Part shown: positions 49,531-61,965 of the stretch, in pieces
Layout of the letters: each line of letters starts with the position of its first letter
Position numbering within the stretch: position 1 is the first letter of the stretch
DNA from: Squalus acanthias
Lineage: Eukaryota
DNA: 64,000 nucleotides
NCBI GenBank assembly: GCA_030390025.1
Contig: CM059431.1
Span: 109,556,001-109,620,000 of the forward strand
Direction: 5' to 3'
The notes under the pieces: generated by a model
Database searches by the model: none
What the model was told of the DNA's origin: nothing
The model's input: the letters and a program-made list of their open reading frames with translations, nothing else
Program-made: the position numbers and the translations under genes

Positions 49531-50729
49531 TGGAAAATAAGTTCATATCTTTTGTTTGTGTTGCAGAATTCTATAGTAGAATTTGGAAAAATAAAATGGG
49601 TTCCATTTGAGAAATGTATTCCGAGAGTTGTGTATTCCATGCAAGTCATGTACAATGATTATTTGCTATGATTAACTTCTTCAATAAGGAAGGAGAAGTG
49701 TAATAGCGCCACCTGGTGACTACTGATATATATAATAATAAAGCACATGGGCAGCACTATTCTTACCGGAAGCCATGTTGTGCAGTTGTATATATATATG
49801 CTGTGTCCCAAGATAGCACAGCTACCAATACTGTCGTGGACAGATGCATCTGCGACAGGTAGATTGGTGAGGACGAGGTCAAGTAGGTTTTTCCCTCATG
49901 TTGGTTCTCTCACTACCTGCCGCAGGCCCAGTCTGGCAGCTATGTCCTTCAGGACTCGGCCAGCTCGGTCAGTAGTGGTGCTACCGAGCCACTCTTGGTG
50001 ATGGACATTGAAGTCCCCCACCCAGAGTACATTCTGTGCCCTTACTCTCTGTGCTTCTTCCAAGTGGTGTTCAACATGGAGGAGTACTGATTCATCAGCT
50101 GAGGGAGGGCGGTAGGTGGTAATCAGCAGGAGGTTTCCTTGCCCATGCTTGACCTGATGCCGTGAGACTTCATGGGGTCTGGAGTCAATGTTGAGGATTG
50201 TATACCACTGTGTCGCCACCTCTGGTGGGTCTGTCCTGCCGGTGGGACAGGACATACCCAGGGATGGTGATGGAGGAGTCTGGGACGTTGGCAGAAATGT
50301 ATGATTCCATTAGTATGACTATGTCAGGCTGTTGCTTGACTAGTCGGTGGGACAGCTCTCCCAATTTTGGCACAAGTCCCCAGATGTTAGTGAGGAGGAC
50401 TTTGCCGGGTCGACTGGGCTGGGTGTGCAGTTGTCGTGTCTGAAGCCAGTGCCGAGTGGTCTGTCCGGTTTTATTCTTATTATTGTTTCTTGTAGCAGTT
50501 TGTTACAACTGAGTGGCTTGCTAGGCCATTTCAGAGGGCATTTCAGAATCAACCATATTGTTGTGGGTCTGGAGTTATATATAGGCCAGACCAGGTAAGG
50601 ACGGCAGATTTCCTTCCCTAAAGCACATTAGTGAACCAGATGGGTTTTTACAACAATCCGGTAGTTTCACGGTCACCATTACTGATACCAGCTTTTTATT
50701 CCAGATTTATTTAACTAACTGAATTTAAA

Positions 50730-51942
50730 ATGTTAAAGGCAAATCGTGCTTAACCAACTTGATCGAGTTTTTGTTGCGGTAACAGGGAGGGTTGATGAGG
50801 GTAATGTGGTTGATGTAGTGTACATGGATTTCCAAAAGGTGCTTGACAAAGTGCCACATAATAGGCTCACCAGCAAAGTTGAAGCCCATGGAATAAAAGG
50901 GACAATGGCAGCATGGATACAAAATTGGCTAAGTGACAGGAAACAGAGAGTAGTGGTGAACGGTTGTTTTTCGGATTGGAGGAAAGTATACAGTGGTGTT
51001 CCCCAGGGATAGGTTCTTGGACCATTGATTTTCTTGATATATATTAATGACTTGGACATGGGTGTACAGGGCACAATTTCAAAATTTGCAGATGACACAA
51101 AACTTGGAAGTATAGTGAACAGTGAGGAGGAGCGTGATAGACTTCAGGAAGACATAGACAGGCTGGTGAAATGGGCGGACACGTGGCAGCTGAAATTTAA
51201 CGCAGAAAAGTGCAAAGTGATACATTTTGGTAGAAAGAATGAGGAGAGGACATATAAACTAAATGGGACAATCCTAAAGGGGGTGCACGATCAGAGAGAC
51301 CTAGGGGTATGTGTGCACAAATCGTTGAAGGTGGCAGGGCAGGTTGAGAAAGCAGTTAAAAAGGCTCACGGGATCCTGGGCTTCAAAAATAGAGGAGATT
51401 ATGATGAACCTGTATAAAACACTGGTTCGGCCCCAACTGGAGTACTGTGTCCAATTCTGGGCACCACACTTTAGGAAGGATGTGAAGGTCTTAGTGAAGG
51501 TGCAGAAAAGATTTACGAGAATTATTCCAGGAATGAGGGACTTCAGTTACGTTGATAGACTGGAGAAGCTTGGGTTGTTCTCCTTAGAGCAGAGAAGATC
51601 GAGGTGTACAAAATCATGAGGGGTCAAGACTGAGTAGATAGAGGGAAGCTGTTCCCATTGGCTGAAGGGTCAAGAACCAAAGGACACAGATTGAAGGTGA
51701 TTGGCAAAAGAACCAAAGGCGACGTAAGAAAAAACTTTTTTAGGCAGCGTTTGGTTAAGATCTGGAATGCACTGACTGAAAGGGTGGTGGAGGCAGACTC
51801 AATCTGATCTTTCAAAAGGGAGTTGGATAAGTATCTGAAGGAAAAATATTTGCAGGGCTACGGGGAAAGGGACTAGCTGAGAGTCGGCATGGGCTCGACG
51901 GGTCGAATGGCCTTCTTCTGTGCTGTAACCATTCTATGATTC
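50730..51942 (+). mobile_element. CR1 LINE 3' portion inserted in the 5' region of LINE family B
   Basis: VYMDFQK, SGVPQG, SKFADDTKL, LVRPQLEYCVQFW and an ATTCTATGATTC tail. Confidence 0.9.
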
Positions 51943-52960
51943 TAAATTCCACAGCTGCCATAGTGTGAATTGAACTCATGTCCCTCAATTATTAGTCCAG
52001 GCCTCTGGATTACTAGTCCAGTAACATAACCACAATGCTACCGTTCCCAATTTTGCGGGTGGTTATATAATGATGTTGGAACGAAGAAGCTGCCTGGCCT
52101 GACAGTGTAATGGTACAGGCTGCAGATTTGACTGAGTGTTGTAATATAAATTTTTGACCAAATGGTGCAAGATTAATCTAAATGTGGAAAATGAAAAGCA
52201 TTGGAAATCAATTTTGTGGTCTTAACTGCAAGATAAATTGTTATCCTTTTCAATAATTGGTCTTCAGCTATTTGCCCAGCATAAGCAGAACAAGACATAT
52301 TTTAATCTTCCTGCAATTAGTAAGTGTTTAATGGGAGGTGTATTTTCATGCTAAATAATTAACCAAGTAATAATAGGCAGATAACAAACAGCAGCAGCTA
52401 GTTAAGTCTGTGCTGCAGCAAGTGCTTCGAGGTTTGATTTTAAAACACAATCCATATTTTCATCAGAACTGCTCACTGCAGTCATTGTCACTAATATTGA
52501 TCATTTTTACCGTGACCTTATTGTGAAAAATGGACTGCGTCTTTTTAATCATAATAGGACAATTTTCTTTTTGTACTTACAGCATTTGATCATTGTTAAT
52601 GAATAACTGTGAAGTTGTCAAAACACTCTATGGGATTCTCTGTTACAGTAATTTTTCAAAAAAAATTGTTTGGTTAAAAACATTATGAGAAAAGATCACA
52701 CGATAACTATAAAATGTATTAGTGAGAATCTCATACCTGGCAGTAGAATGAGGGTGCTGTCATGGGCTCCTTCTGTTGCAAGTTCCCTGTAAAAACACTG
52801 TGGTCCTAACATAGTTCATAATCTATTTCCCATTCTTTCGGCATCCTATGGCCTAATGTCGGACTTGTACCAGTCAGCACAAGATAAACGCTGCATTTCG
52901 AATGAATTGGTATTGTGGTATTGGTCTGTCATTAATTAAAGGTAAACTTCCTACCTCGAT

Positions 52961-53421
52961 AAAGAAAGAAAGGACTTGCATTCGTATAGCGCCTTTCACA
53001 ACCTCAGGACATCCCAAAGTGCTTTACAGCCAATGAAGTTCTTTTGAAGTGTAGTCACTGTTGTAATGTGGGAAACGCGACAGCCAATTTGCGCACAGCA
53101 AGCTCCCACAAACAGCAATGTGATAATGACCAGATAACCTGTTTTAGTGATGTTGATTGAGGGATAAATATTGGCCAGGACACCGGGGATAACTCCTCTG
53201 ATCTTCTTTAAATAATACCATGGGATCTTTTGCATCCACCTGAGATGGCAGACTGGGACTCAGTTTAACATTTCATCTGCAAGTCAGTATCTCTAACAGT
53301 GCAGCACTCCCTCAGTACTGCACTGGAGCGTCAGCCTACAATCTTTTTTTGTGTTCAAGTCTCTGGAGTGGGACTTGAACCCCCAACCTTCTGACTCAGA
53401 GGCGAGAGTGCTACCAACTGA
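52961..53421 (-). mobile_element. Deu-domain SINE (SacSINE1-like), nearly complete
   Basis: tRNA head CAGTTGGTAGCACTCTCGCCTCTGAGTCAGAAGG..GGTTCAAGTCCC, body and L2-type tail. Confidence 0.85.
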
Positions 53422-54129
53422 TATCACTTTTATCAGCTGCCCCAAGTAATGACCAAATGCATTGTTCAGCACCTACTACTTCCTTTCAGTGACAAACTTC
53501 AGAGAGCCCACTTCCTTCTGTAATTCCCAAGATGCTCCAAGTTTGAACCTTTAGATTCCCTTGTCCCTTAAAAGCACTCAAGACTATAACCACCCCCAAA
53601 ATATTCCCGGAATATGGATGAAGAATGCTATAACGACCAACACAAGTGAATGAAGTATCGATCAGCTGAAATTCTCATTAACATAGGAACCTCTGCACTT
53701 AGTCGCAAAAACATTTTTTAAAAGCTGGCCTTTCTGATTTCTTCAATACATGGGTGAGGACTTGGAAGTCTTAAAATCGAAGTATGTTCGAAGATGAAAA
53801 TGTACTCTTTCCCCCATAGAGAATCACTCTGGGAAGTGTCTCTAGAGTAACAAAAAGGCCCTTTTGGTTGTCCCCATCTATCAAACAAACAGAGAGGGAC
53901 ATATCAGCCACAGTTGTCAGCGGTTACATTCTCAATATCCTCCACTTCCACACCACGCCACCTTAAGAGATGGGGACGACGCACAACTAATGGAACAAAA
54001 AATGTAATGATCACTGTATAGATTGGCTTCAGACAGCTGCATAGCCACACAACGTCATGATGTAATAGGATATCTCAAGCTTATTTCAATCAACATCCAG
54101 GACTGGATGTGGGACAAGCTGGCTAACAA

Positions 54130-54250
54130 CACAGAGGCAGTGGAGGGGTCGAGAGAGGTGCTGGTGAGGTAGAATTGGGTGCCGTCAGCGTGCATGTGGA
54201 ACCTGACCCCATGCCTTTGGATAATGTCACCAATGAGGAAAAGGAGGGGA
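54130..54250 (-). mobile_element. Old L2 RT fragment
   Basis: FHMHADGTQFYL resembles the L2 motif FHMYADDTQLYL. Confidence 0.5.
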
Positions 54251-55349
54251 TGCTTTTAGAGGTGACGATGACAGTAGTTTTGAAAGGGAGGGGGGAACAG
54301 CACCCGAGAAGAGGGAACTGTTTACATTGTCATCTGGGATGGGGACTAGGAAGGGAATTTCTGCAATTTAGTGGGAATGGGGTCAAGAGGTGGAACAGGA
54401 TGAGCTCTGAGAGGGCATGATGGGAGACAGGAGAAACTTGAGAATGATGTGGTTTCAAAGCTAGGGCAGGGACAAACCTTGGGAGAATATGTTCTGAAGT
54501 ATATGTAATAGTTCTATATCTAGTGGATTAAAATTGAGAAATCTGTATTTATACAGATTGTAAACTGGATTCGAAAAACCAATTTACTACTCCAGAATGT
54601 AGTCAAGTTCAATTGAAGCATAAGAATTGTACAAAACAGCTAGTAAGTGTATACCACCCATATCATCAGGTTTTTTTTCCCATGCTATCACATTTTTCAT
54701 ATCAGCAGAGGTACCTAATAAAACAGGAACTGAGTCAATAGATAATGTGATTCTTGGAGTCTTTGTATGAGATACGATAGTATTGGTAAAGAAACAATAA
54801 AATCAGAATCAAATGGCCCGCAGTTTAATTACTGTTTGACGAGCAGGTGAACAACAATAATTTAGTTAAAGTGGACAAAAGTTGAAAGAAATAGATAATG
54901 GAGAGTGGGACGCTTCAGAGTACTGAAAGGTGATCGGGGGCAGGGGATAAGTGTCTTGGAGAAGGAGGAACGTAGGCAGCTAGAGATTAACATAAGGAAA
55001 ATGGGAAATGACAAACAAAAGGTTCATTGATAGGCTGCGATTAGGAAAGTATGCTGGAAAATGTCAGACTAATACCGCACAGCTTTAATAGTGAAGCAGA
55101 CAGCACACGATACTATGTGGCCAAGATAAAGCAAATGTGAATATAACAGCGTTAGCCAAACAGAAAAAGGTCAGATTGCTTCAAGAGCGGAGTTCAGTTA
55201 CAAGGACACGGCTATAAAATCTAGTTTTCTGAAACCTGGATTGACAAAGGTTAAAAGACAGGTGTAAAGAATGCAAATAGCTTCCCGACATAAAACTGGT
55301 TTAGACCAAATACCGCAGTGTTAAAAGCAATACAGAAAGAGAGAGGAAT

Positions 55350-56325
55350 ATAAGAACATAAAAATAGGAGCAGGAGTAGGCCATTCGGCCCATTCGAGCC
55401 TGCTCCGCCATTCAGTAAGATCATGGCTGATCTTCGACCTCAACTCCACCTTCCTGCACTATCCCCATATCCCTTGGTTCCCTTAATATCCAAAAATCTA
55501 TCGATCACTGTCTTGAATATACTCAACGACTGAGCCTCCACAGCCCTCTGGGGTAGAGAATTCCAAAGATTCACAAACATTTGAGTGAAGAAATTTCTCT
55601 TCATCTCAGTCCTAAATGGCTGACACCTTATTCCTGAGACTGTAATCCCTAGTTCTAGAGTCCCCAGCCAGGGGAAACATCCTCCCAGCAACCACCCTGT
55701 CAAGCCCTGTAAGAATTTTATATGTTTCAATGAGATCACCTCTCATCCTTCTAAATTCTAGTGAATATAGGCTAAGTCTCCTCAATCTGGCCTAGCCTCC
55801 TCAATCTCTCTTCATAGCACAATCCACCTATCCCAGGAAACAGTCTGGTGAACCTTAGTTGCACTCCCTCTAAGGCAAGTATATCCTTCCTTAGGTAAGG
55901 AGACCAAAACGATACACAGTACTCCAGGTATGGTCTCATCAAAGTCATATATAATTGCAGGAAGACTTCTTTACTCTTATATTCCCATCCGTTTATAATA
56001 AAGGCTAACATATTATTTGCTTTCCTAATTGCTTGCTGTACCTGCATGTTAACTTTCAGTGATTTGTGTACAAGAACACTCAGGCCCCTCTGAACACCAG
56101 CATTTCCCAATTTCTCACCATTTAAAAAAATTCTGCTTTTCTATTTTTCCTAACTTCACATTTCTCCACAGTATATTCCATCTACCATGTCTTGCCCACT
56201 CACCTGTCTATATCCCTTTGCAGCCTCTTTGCATCCTCCTCACAGCTTACTTTCCCACCTAGCTTTGTATTGTCAGCAAACTTGGATACATTACACTCAG
56301 TCCCCTCAGCTAAGTCATTGATATG
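55350..56325 (-). mobile_element. CR1 LINE 3' portion
   Basis: SKFADNTKLGG, RPYLEYCV and a CR1 tail. Confidence 0.87.
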
Positions 56326-57020
56326 AGCCATAAAAAGCTCTATAAAATGACTACAGCTCAACAAAATCAGACCTTGGCTTGAAAAGGAAAAAAAAAACAT
56401 TAGGACCACTCTAATGTCAAAATGATACCAAGCTGCTCGGTTTGATACTTGGAGTCGCTGGTATGAAGAATAAGACCCAAATCACACTGAGATGCGAGTA
56501 CCTCAAGCATGGGCCATTTTAGGTTGTATTTATAAATGCTTAAATGTTCCTTAATTCATTTGGTTTTTCATGGTCTCTCACTCTGAATATGTGGCTTTCT
56601 GCATCTCACTGGCATGGGGATAATGGACATCTGTCATAGTAGCAAAGATTTATTTTTGTTAAATTCCTTGGCAGCAGGAATTGTTTTGACATGTTGAATT
56701 TTGTACCTTCAAAGACACATTTGCAGCCAAGAAATGAAGAAAATCAAACCAGCTTGTCCCAGTTTGCTGCTGGCATTGTCAAACAAGTGGTAAATAGGGG
56801 AATTAATGAATGACACTTAAACATTGAGATGAGGTATTAGAAGGTCTGAGATCCTGGTGCTGCAGATCTCTGATTGCCATGCTGATACGCTACACATTTG
56901 GGACTGGTGTCATCTAATTATCTTTAGATATCTATCCCCAAGTGCTGAATACCAAGTGCCATCTGATTGGTGGTCCCTTTCTCATTTGTAATCTCCAAAC
57001 TCTTATTTATCTAATACAAT

Positions 57021-57772
57021 GGGCCAAAAATTCGGCCCTTCCTGGGTGAGTACGCGCTCTGTACTCGCCGAAGTGCCGGTTTTCTGCATGCACTGCGCAT
57101 GCGCGGGAAACCGGAACTTCCGGTATGGTGAATGGGGCGGTTCCTAGGTGAACCGCGTGCGCGGTAGAGGCTGCGCGCACGCAGCAAACTTAGATTTTTT
57201 TTCAGGTTTCTACGCGAGGGTAAGTATTGAAGAAACTACGCGATTAAAAAGGAGGCGCAAGACCCGTTTTCAACAAGGTAAGTGGTTAATTAAGTATAAT
57301 TTTAAATTTTTTTCAACAGGTGTCTCTTTTTTAGATACTTTAAAGAAAGGTAAGTTTATTTTTATCACTTTTTAAAAGTATTTTAATTTTTTCAAAAATT
57401 TAAATTTTTGTTTAAAGTGGTTAATTTATTTAACTATAGTTATTTTATAAATGTGATGGTTTTAAAAAAAAATTATTTTAAGTTTAGCTGTTCTTTTGGG
57501 GCCGATTTCAATTCACAGGTTTGACAGGTCTCCTGTCAAACCTATGAATGAAAGATGGTCTGCTGCCATTGGCTCTCCATGGCCCACGTGATCCCAGGGG
57601 ACGCATCGCACTAACTACGCCCCTGGGACACGCAAGCACTGCGCGCCGGCAGTTGGGAGAGGCCCAGGAGCTGAAGTTCCCGTGGGCCCTAAAACGCAAC
57701 GGCAGGCGCGGTAGGTAAGAGCGCGCGCGATCCTTACCCCCGCGGCAAGCCGGAGAGGCGAATTTCTGAGCC
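57021..57772. mobile_element. Harbinger-type MITE with AT-rich core
   Basis: TIR GGGCCAAAAATTCG / CGAATTTCTGAGCC. Same family as 35218. Confidence 0.75.
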
Positions 57773-57859
57773 ATTATCTCTCTTCTGCTGGATCAGGAGA
57801 GATTAAAGTTTAAATTTATTTTGAATAGATTCATTGCAAAGTTTAAATATTTTTTCTTC

Positions 57860-58350
57860 TTTTTTTTATTCATTTATGGGATGTGGGCGTCGCTGGCAAG
57901 GCCAGCATTTATTGCCCATCCCTAGTTGCCCTTGAGAAGGTGGAGGTGAGCCGCCTTCTTGAAACGCTGCAGTCCGTGTGGTGAAGGTACTCCCACAGTG
58001 CTGTTAGGGAGGGAGTACCAGGATTTTAACCCAGTGACAATGAAGGATCGGCGATATACTTCCAAGTCAGGATGGTGTGTGACTTGGAGGGGAACTTGGA
58101 GGTGGTGGTGTTCCCATGCGCCTGCCGCCCTTGTCCTTCTAGTGGGAGGAGGTCGCGGGTTTTGGAGGTGCTGCCGAAGAAGCCTTGGCGAGTTGCTGCA
58201 GTGCATCTTGTAGATGGTACACACTGCAGCCACGGTATGTTTAAGGTGGTGGACAGGGTGCCAATCAAGTGGGCTGCTTTGTCCTGGATGGTGTTGAGCT
58301 TCTTGAGTGTTGTTGGAGCTGCACTCATCCAGGCAAGTGGAGAGTATTCC
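57860..58350 (-). mobile_element. LINE family B 3' fragment
   Basis: EYSPLAWMSAAP...HLLKGN. Confidence 0.85.
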
Positions 58351-58377
58351 AAATGCCTCTGACTGTTGGAGTACGAT

Positions 58378-58662
58378 GGGGGTGAAATTGGTCTACCCCA
58401 GCAGCGCGAACGGGCTCATAGCGAATCGGCAGCCGATTTTACACGGCGCCCGATCTTCTTTCCACTGAAATTCACAGAACGATAGGTCAGGTTCTTTTTG
58501 GAGAATAGATTAGCTTCACCGTCGGTTTTACTTGGTTTGAAATTAAAAATCCTGGCAATATTTTCCAAGTCAATGGAAAATAAAAACTGCCGCAGTGTAT
58601 AACGGGCTTCCACTTCGCTATCGCTATCGCCCGTTTTGCGCGACTGAACTAATTTCACCCCC
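58378..58662. mobile_element. Short Harbinger-type MITE
   Basis: TIR GGGGGTGAAATTGGT / ACTAATTTCACCCCC. Confidence 0.7.
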
Positions 58663-58832
58663 ATTAAACCCCCATAATACAACTATTATTTAATCAATCT
58701 TTGTGCGATAAAGAATGAAATCTAATGCTCAGACTGGATACTCTGGCATCTGAAATTTGTCTGCAAATCAGGTTGGCAGAATGGTCACCACAACTTGGTA
58801 CTTGGTAGTCAATCTGAGGCTCTAAGTGTAAT

Positions 58833-59527
58833 GGCCCGTAATTTCTACAGGAGGCTTCCTGCGTGCGGAGGCCTCCTATCGGAAAAAAATCTACAAACTT
58901 ACCTGAGGGCTCCCGAGATCCGGGCACTTCCGCTCCTGGGCCTCTCCACAGTCGAAATGCGCAGGGCCCACATATCCCAGGGGCGCAGGCAGTTCACAAG
59001 TGTCCCTGGGATCATGTGGGCCAGGCCAGCCAATAGGAGGAGGGAATCTTCCTTCATACTTTTGACAGATAGACCTGTCAAATATATGAATGGAGATCAC
59101 CCCAAAAAGGCACTAAAACATTAAATAAGTCCATCACGTTTTTAAAATGAGTTAAAATTACATTAAATTAAATATTTTAAACAAAAATGTAATTTTTTGA
59201 AAAAAATAATTAAAGTTTTTTACGGGGCTAAAAATAAACTTACCTTTTTTAAAAGTATTTTTAGTGAAAACATTTTTTTTAAAACTTTTTTTCAACTCTT
59301 ATGCTGGTAAAAGCAGGCCTTACTGCTTTTACCGGGCGTAAGATTTCTAAGGGTTTTCAGCGGGCGGAGGTTCTGCAGAAAGCGAACTATCCGCCCGCAG
59401 AGGCCCTTCTCTAGAAGATTCTTGACAGATCGGAAGTGCCGGTTTTCAACGCATGCCGGCATTTCCGATGTCCCTACGGGTGTGTACACTGCGCGTACCC
59501 ACCCATAGGGATCGGAATATATGGGCC
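58833..59527. mobile_element. Harbinger-type MITE with AT-rich core
   Basis: Ends GGCCCGTA.. / ..TATGGGCC with TSD AAT/AAT. Matches 15190-15935. Confidence 0.78.
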
Positions 59528-60411
59528 AATGTTCTTTATTGCAATACAACAAGATAACTGACTCCATCTCAGGAGCTCTGCTTGTGTGAATTCTATGTGC
59601 AGGGTGGTACTGAACCAACTCTGTAAGTAAATAGTTCCTTGTCCTTGTCTGATGTCAGTACTTGGAGGATCAGGCATGGAACACGATAGGGTTTTTTTTC
59701 CCTATGGCTTCACCCTTTGTGCCAAAGTTTCTGAAATGCCAATATTTGCAAAACCAGATCAGACATTTCATAAAATGTACTCTGCTGAAATGTCACATAT
59801 GTTAAATGTTAAAAAGGGAGACACGTACACTTTTCAAGGAACAGCATCTTATCTTGCGCGCTGCAGTCCTCCAGCATTAATATTGATGTTAAATCTTCAG
59901 ACCTTAAATTTAACTTCCAATTTCTCTTCGACAGGAGACAAGGGCACCGTAGGATGGGTGCGTCGGTGCTTCTAGCCTGTGGGGCATCTCACATTGTAAT
60001 CTGGTTTTGTTTTTAGTTCTGCTTAGTCTAAAACCATTAGTAATAAATCGAATGACCTTGCAGGGTACAAGTGCCACAGGTACAACTGATGCTGTAGTTG
60101 GTGTTCTTAGGGGTCAAAGAATGAGTAACTACTGCCACTATAAACACTGCCATCAACCTCCTGAGAACTTCTTCCCAACCCCACTCAGCCAAATTCAAGT
60201 TATTGGATGCAGCTGTTTTTCTTTCAGATTACAAAAATATAAATTAGATTCACATTGCAAATTGTGCATTTCTGCACATGTTGGAGGCGGACAATAAAAT
60301 AACAATGATTGTAAGACAATAAGATGCAGTTTCTTTGCGTCAAAAACAACTTTATATTAATGGGATGGGGAATTCCTCAATAGCTTCAAATACAATTATT
60401 ACTGGGTGTAT

Positions 60412-61626
60412 TATAAGACCCCAGAGGACCCCTGGTTCCAAATGATTCGAGGTTGACCCGTATTAGGGAAATGATTTAACTTTATTCAGCACAAGCAAGA
60501 CTTAATACATTACAGTATTCGAGCAGCAGTTTAGAGTATAATTGAGACTTATTACCACTTATACTCTGGGTAGAAGCCACAACCGTGAGTTAGCTGCACC
60601 CTGTGTCTCTTGTCTCTCTCTCTCTCTGTCTCTGTCTCCCGGGTGTCTTCTTGATTCATCCTGTAATCTTCTACTCCTGAAATCTTCTACACCTGAAACC
60701 TTCTACTCCTGAAATCTCCTGCAATTTGTGGCTGTTAAGACCCCCTTCTTATACCCTTACTCTCATTCAAAACCAATGGAGTCCTCTTGAGCCAATCACT
60801 GGCTGACACCCAAACCCAAAATCCAATCCTAAAGATGCCACGTTGGTAGCACCCTGGCTTACGCTCTTACATCATCTGTTTCTGACCATCAAGATTTATA
60901 TCTGGGGTAGTTATGGCAATACAAAAGGAATATGTCTCCACAGGTTGAGATATGGCCCTTGCTGTTGGCCTTTGTATTTATAATTCACTGCGGATGTTAT
61001 AACATTCCAGCACAATGGCAACTGCACCTGACCTTGGATCCCAGGCTAACTGCAGTCTATTCGACCATGGCAATCTCTTTCTCACCCCAGGTTGTCTGGT
61101 TACAGCTCACTCACAGACTTTAAAGCATAAGAAACAGGGTTACATGTTATACATAATTCAGGTTATCCACGCAGTTGATGATTACAAACTTCTACATTTA
61201 ATCCTTACACACGATTATAGATCTATTACTGATAATTATAAGATATTAATGGTTATAAAAGATATTAAAACAAGTATGCAAAAGAAATAACTAACATGTA
61301 ATTCATAACAATTTTACGGTCCCTGCCTCTTTTCTCAGTCTCTAGAATTCCATTAATTCTCTCAGATGTTCGGCCAGACTGTCGCTTTGCTCACAAGGCT
61401 TGTTGGAGTCGGCATTTTTAATATTTGGTCAAGCAGGCCTCTTTCTTCCATTTTAAAATCTAACCGGGTCGACCCAAGGCATATTACACTAGTTTAAAAG
61501 CACGATTATTCAAGAATCGGCGTGCATCGGCTAACAGTTACATACGACAAACTTAAACCTATAACTAATAATTTTGTCCGTGTTAGTTAGTGGGAATCTG
61601 AGTGGAGAGTTCTCAGGATTCTTACA
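60412..61626 (-). mobile_element. Solo LTR, 1215 bp (family C)
   Basis: Termini TATAAGA...TCTTACA with flanks GTAT/GTGT. Read on the minus strand: three CCAAT boxes (inverted, 60773-60827), TATAAG (~60753), then AATAAA (60486-60481), in LTR order. Confidence 0.7.
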
Positions 61627-61965
61627 GTGTGTAGTGCAGGAAGCCATCTGCTCAATTTTCTTTCTGTCCTTTCATTTTCTCAGCTTCCCTTTCTTTGCAT
61701 CACTTCTGACTTTGGTTTGCAACTGAGAGGTCCTTAGAGGTTAATACAGAAAACAAGCTAAAAGCGACAGTGGAATTTTTTTTTTTCTGGAGTTATTTTT
61801 GTTGATGCCAATCAGACATGACCCAGCACTTCAGTATACCAGGCAGATGGCACCGAGAGAAAATTAGACAGGGCGTTGCAATGAGTTAAACACTGGTGTT
61901 TTCCCTCGAGGTTGAAATGCAGCCATACATATGGGATGAAAATCATTTCTGTCAGATGGATGCAT

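Larger units (their letters stand above)
44751..49820 (+). mobile_element. Full-length decayed Gypsy LTR retrotransposon (Mag-like)
   Basis: LTRs 44751-44870 and 49699-49820, TSD GCCAC/GCTAC, PBS and polypurine tract AAGGAAGGAGAAG. Domain order gag-PR-RT-RH-IN. Confidence 0.93.
42495..52048 (-). mobile_element. Near full-length LINE family B (APE endonuclease plus RT, decayed) with a tRNA-derived 5' head; interrupted by Gypsy and CR1
   Basis: Endonuclease QQPDIVILMES, YRPP, VGDFNVH (50400-49896); RT KAMGPDNIP, QFGF, LDIKAAFD, GVPQGS, LADD (44250-43116); C-terminus ..HYLLKGN. Confidence 0.85.

Noticed and set aside
53700..54060. Possible very old RTE-like LINE 3' remnant
   Set aside because: Too degraded to support by eye.
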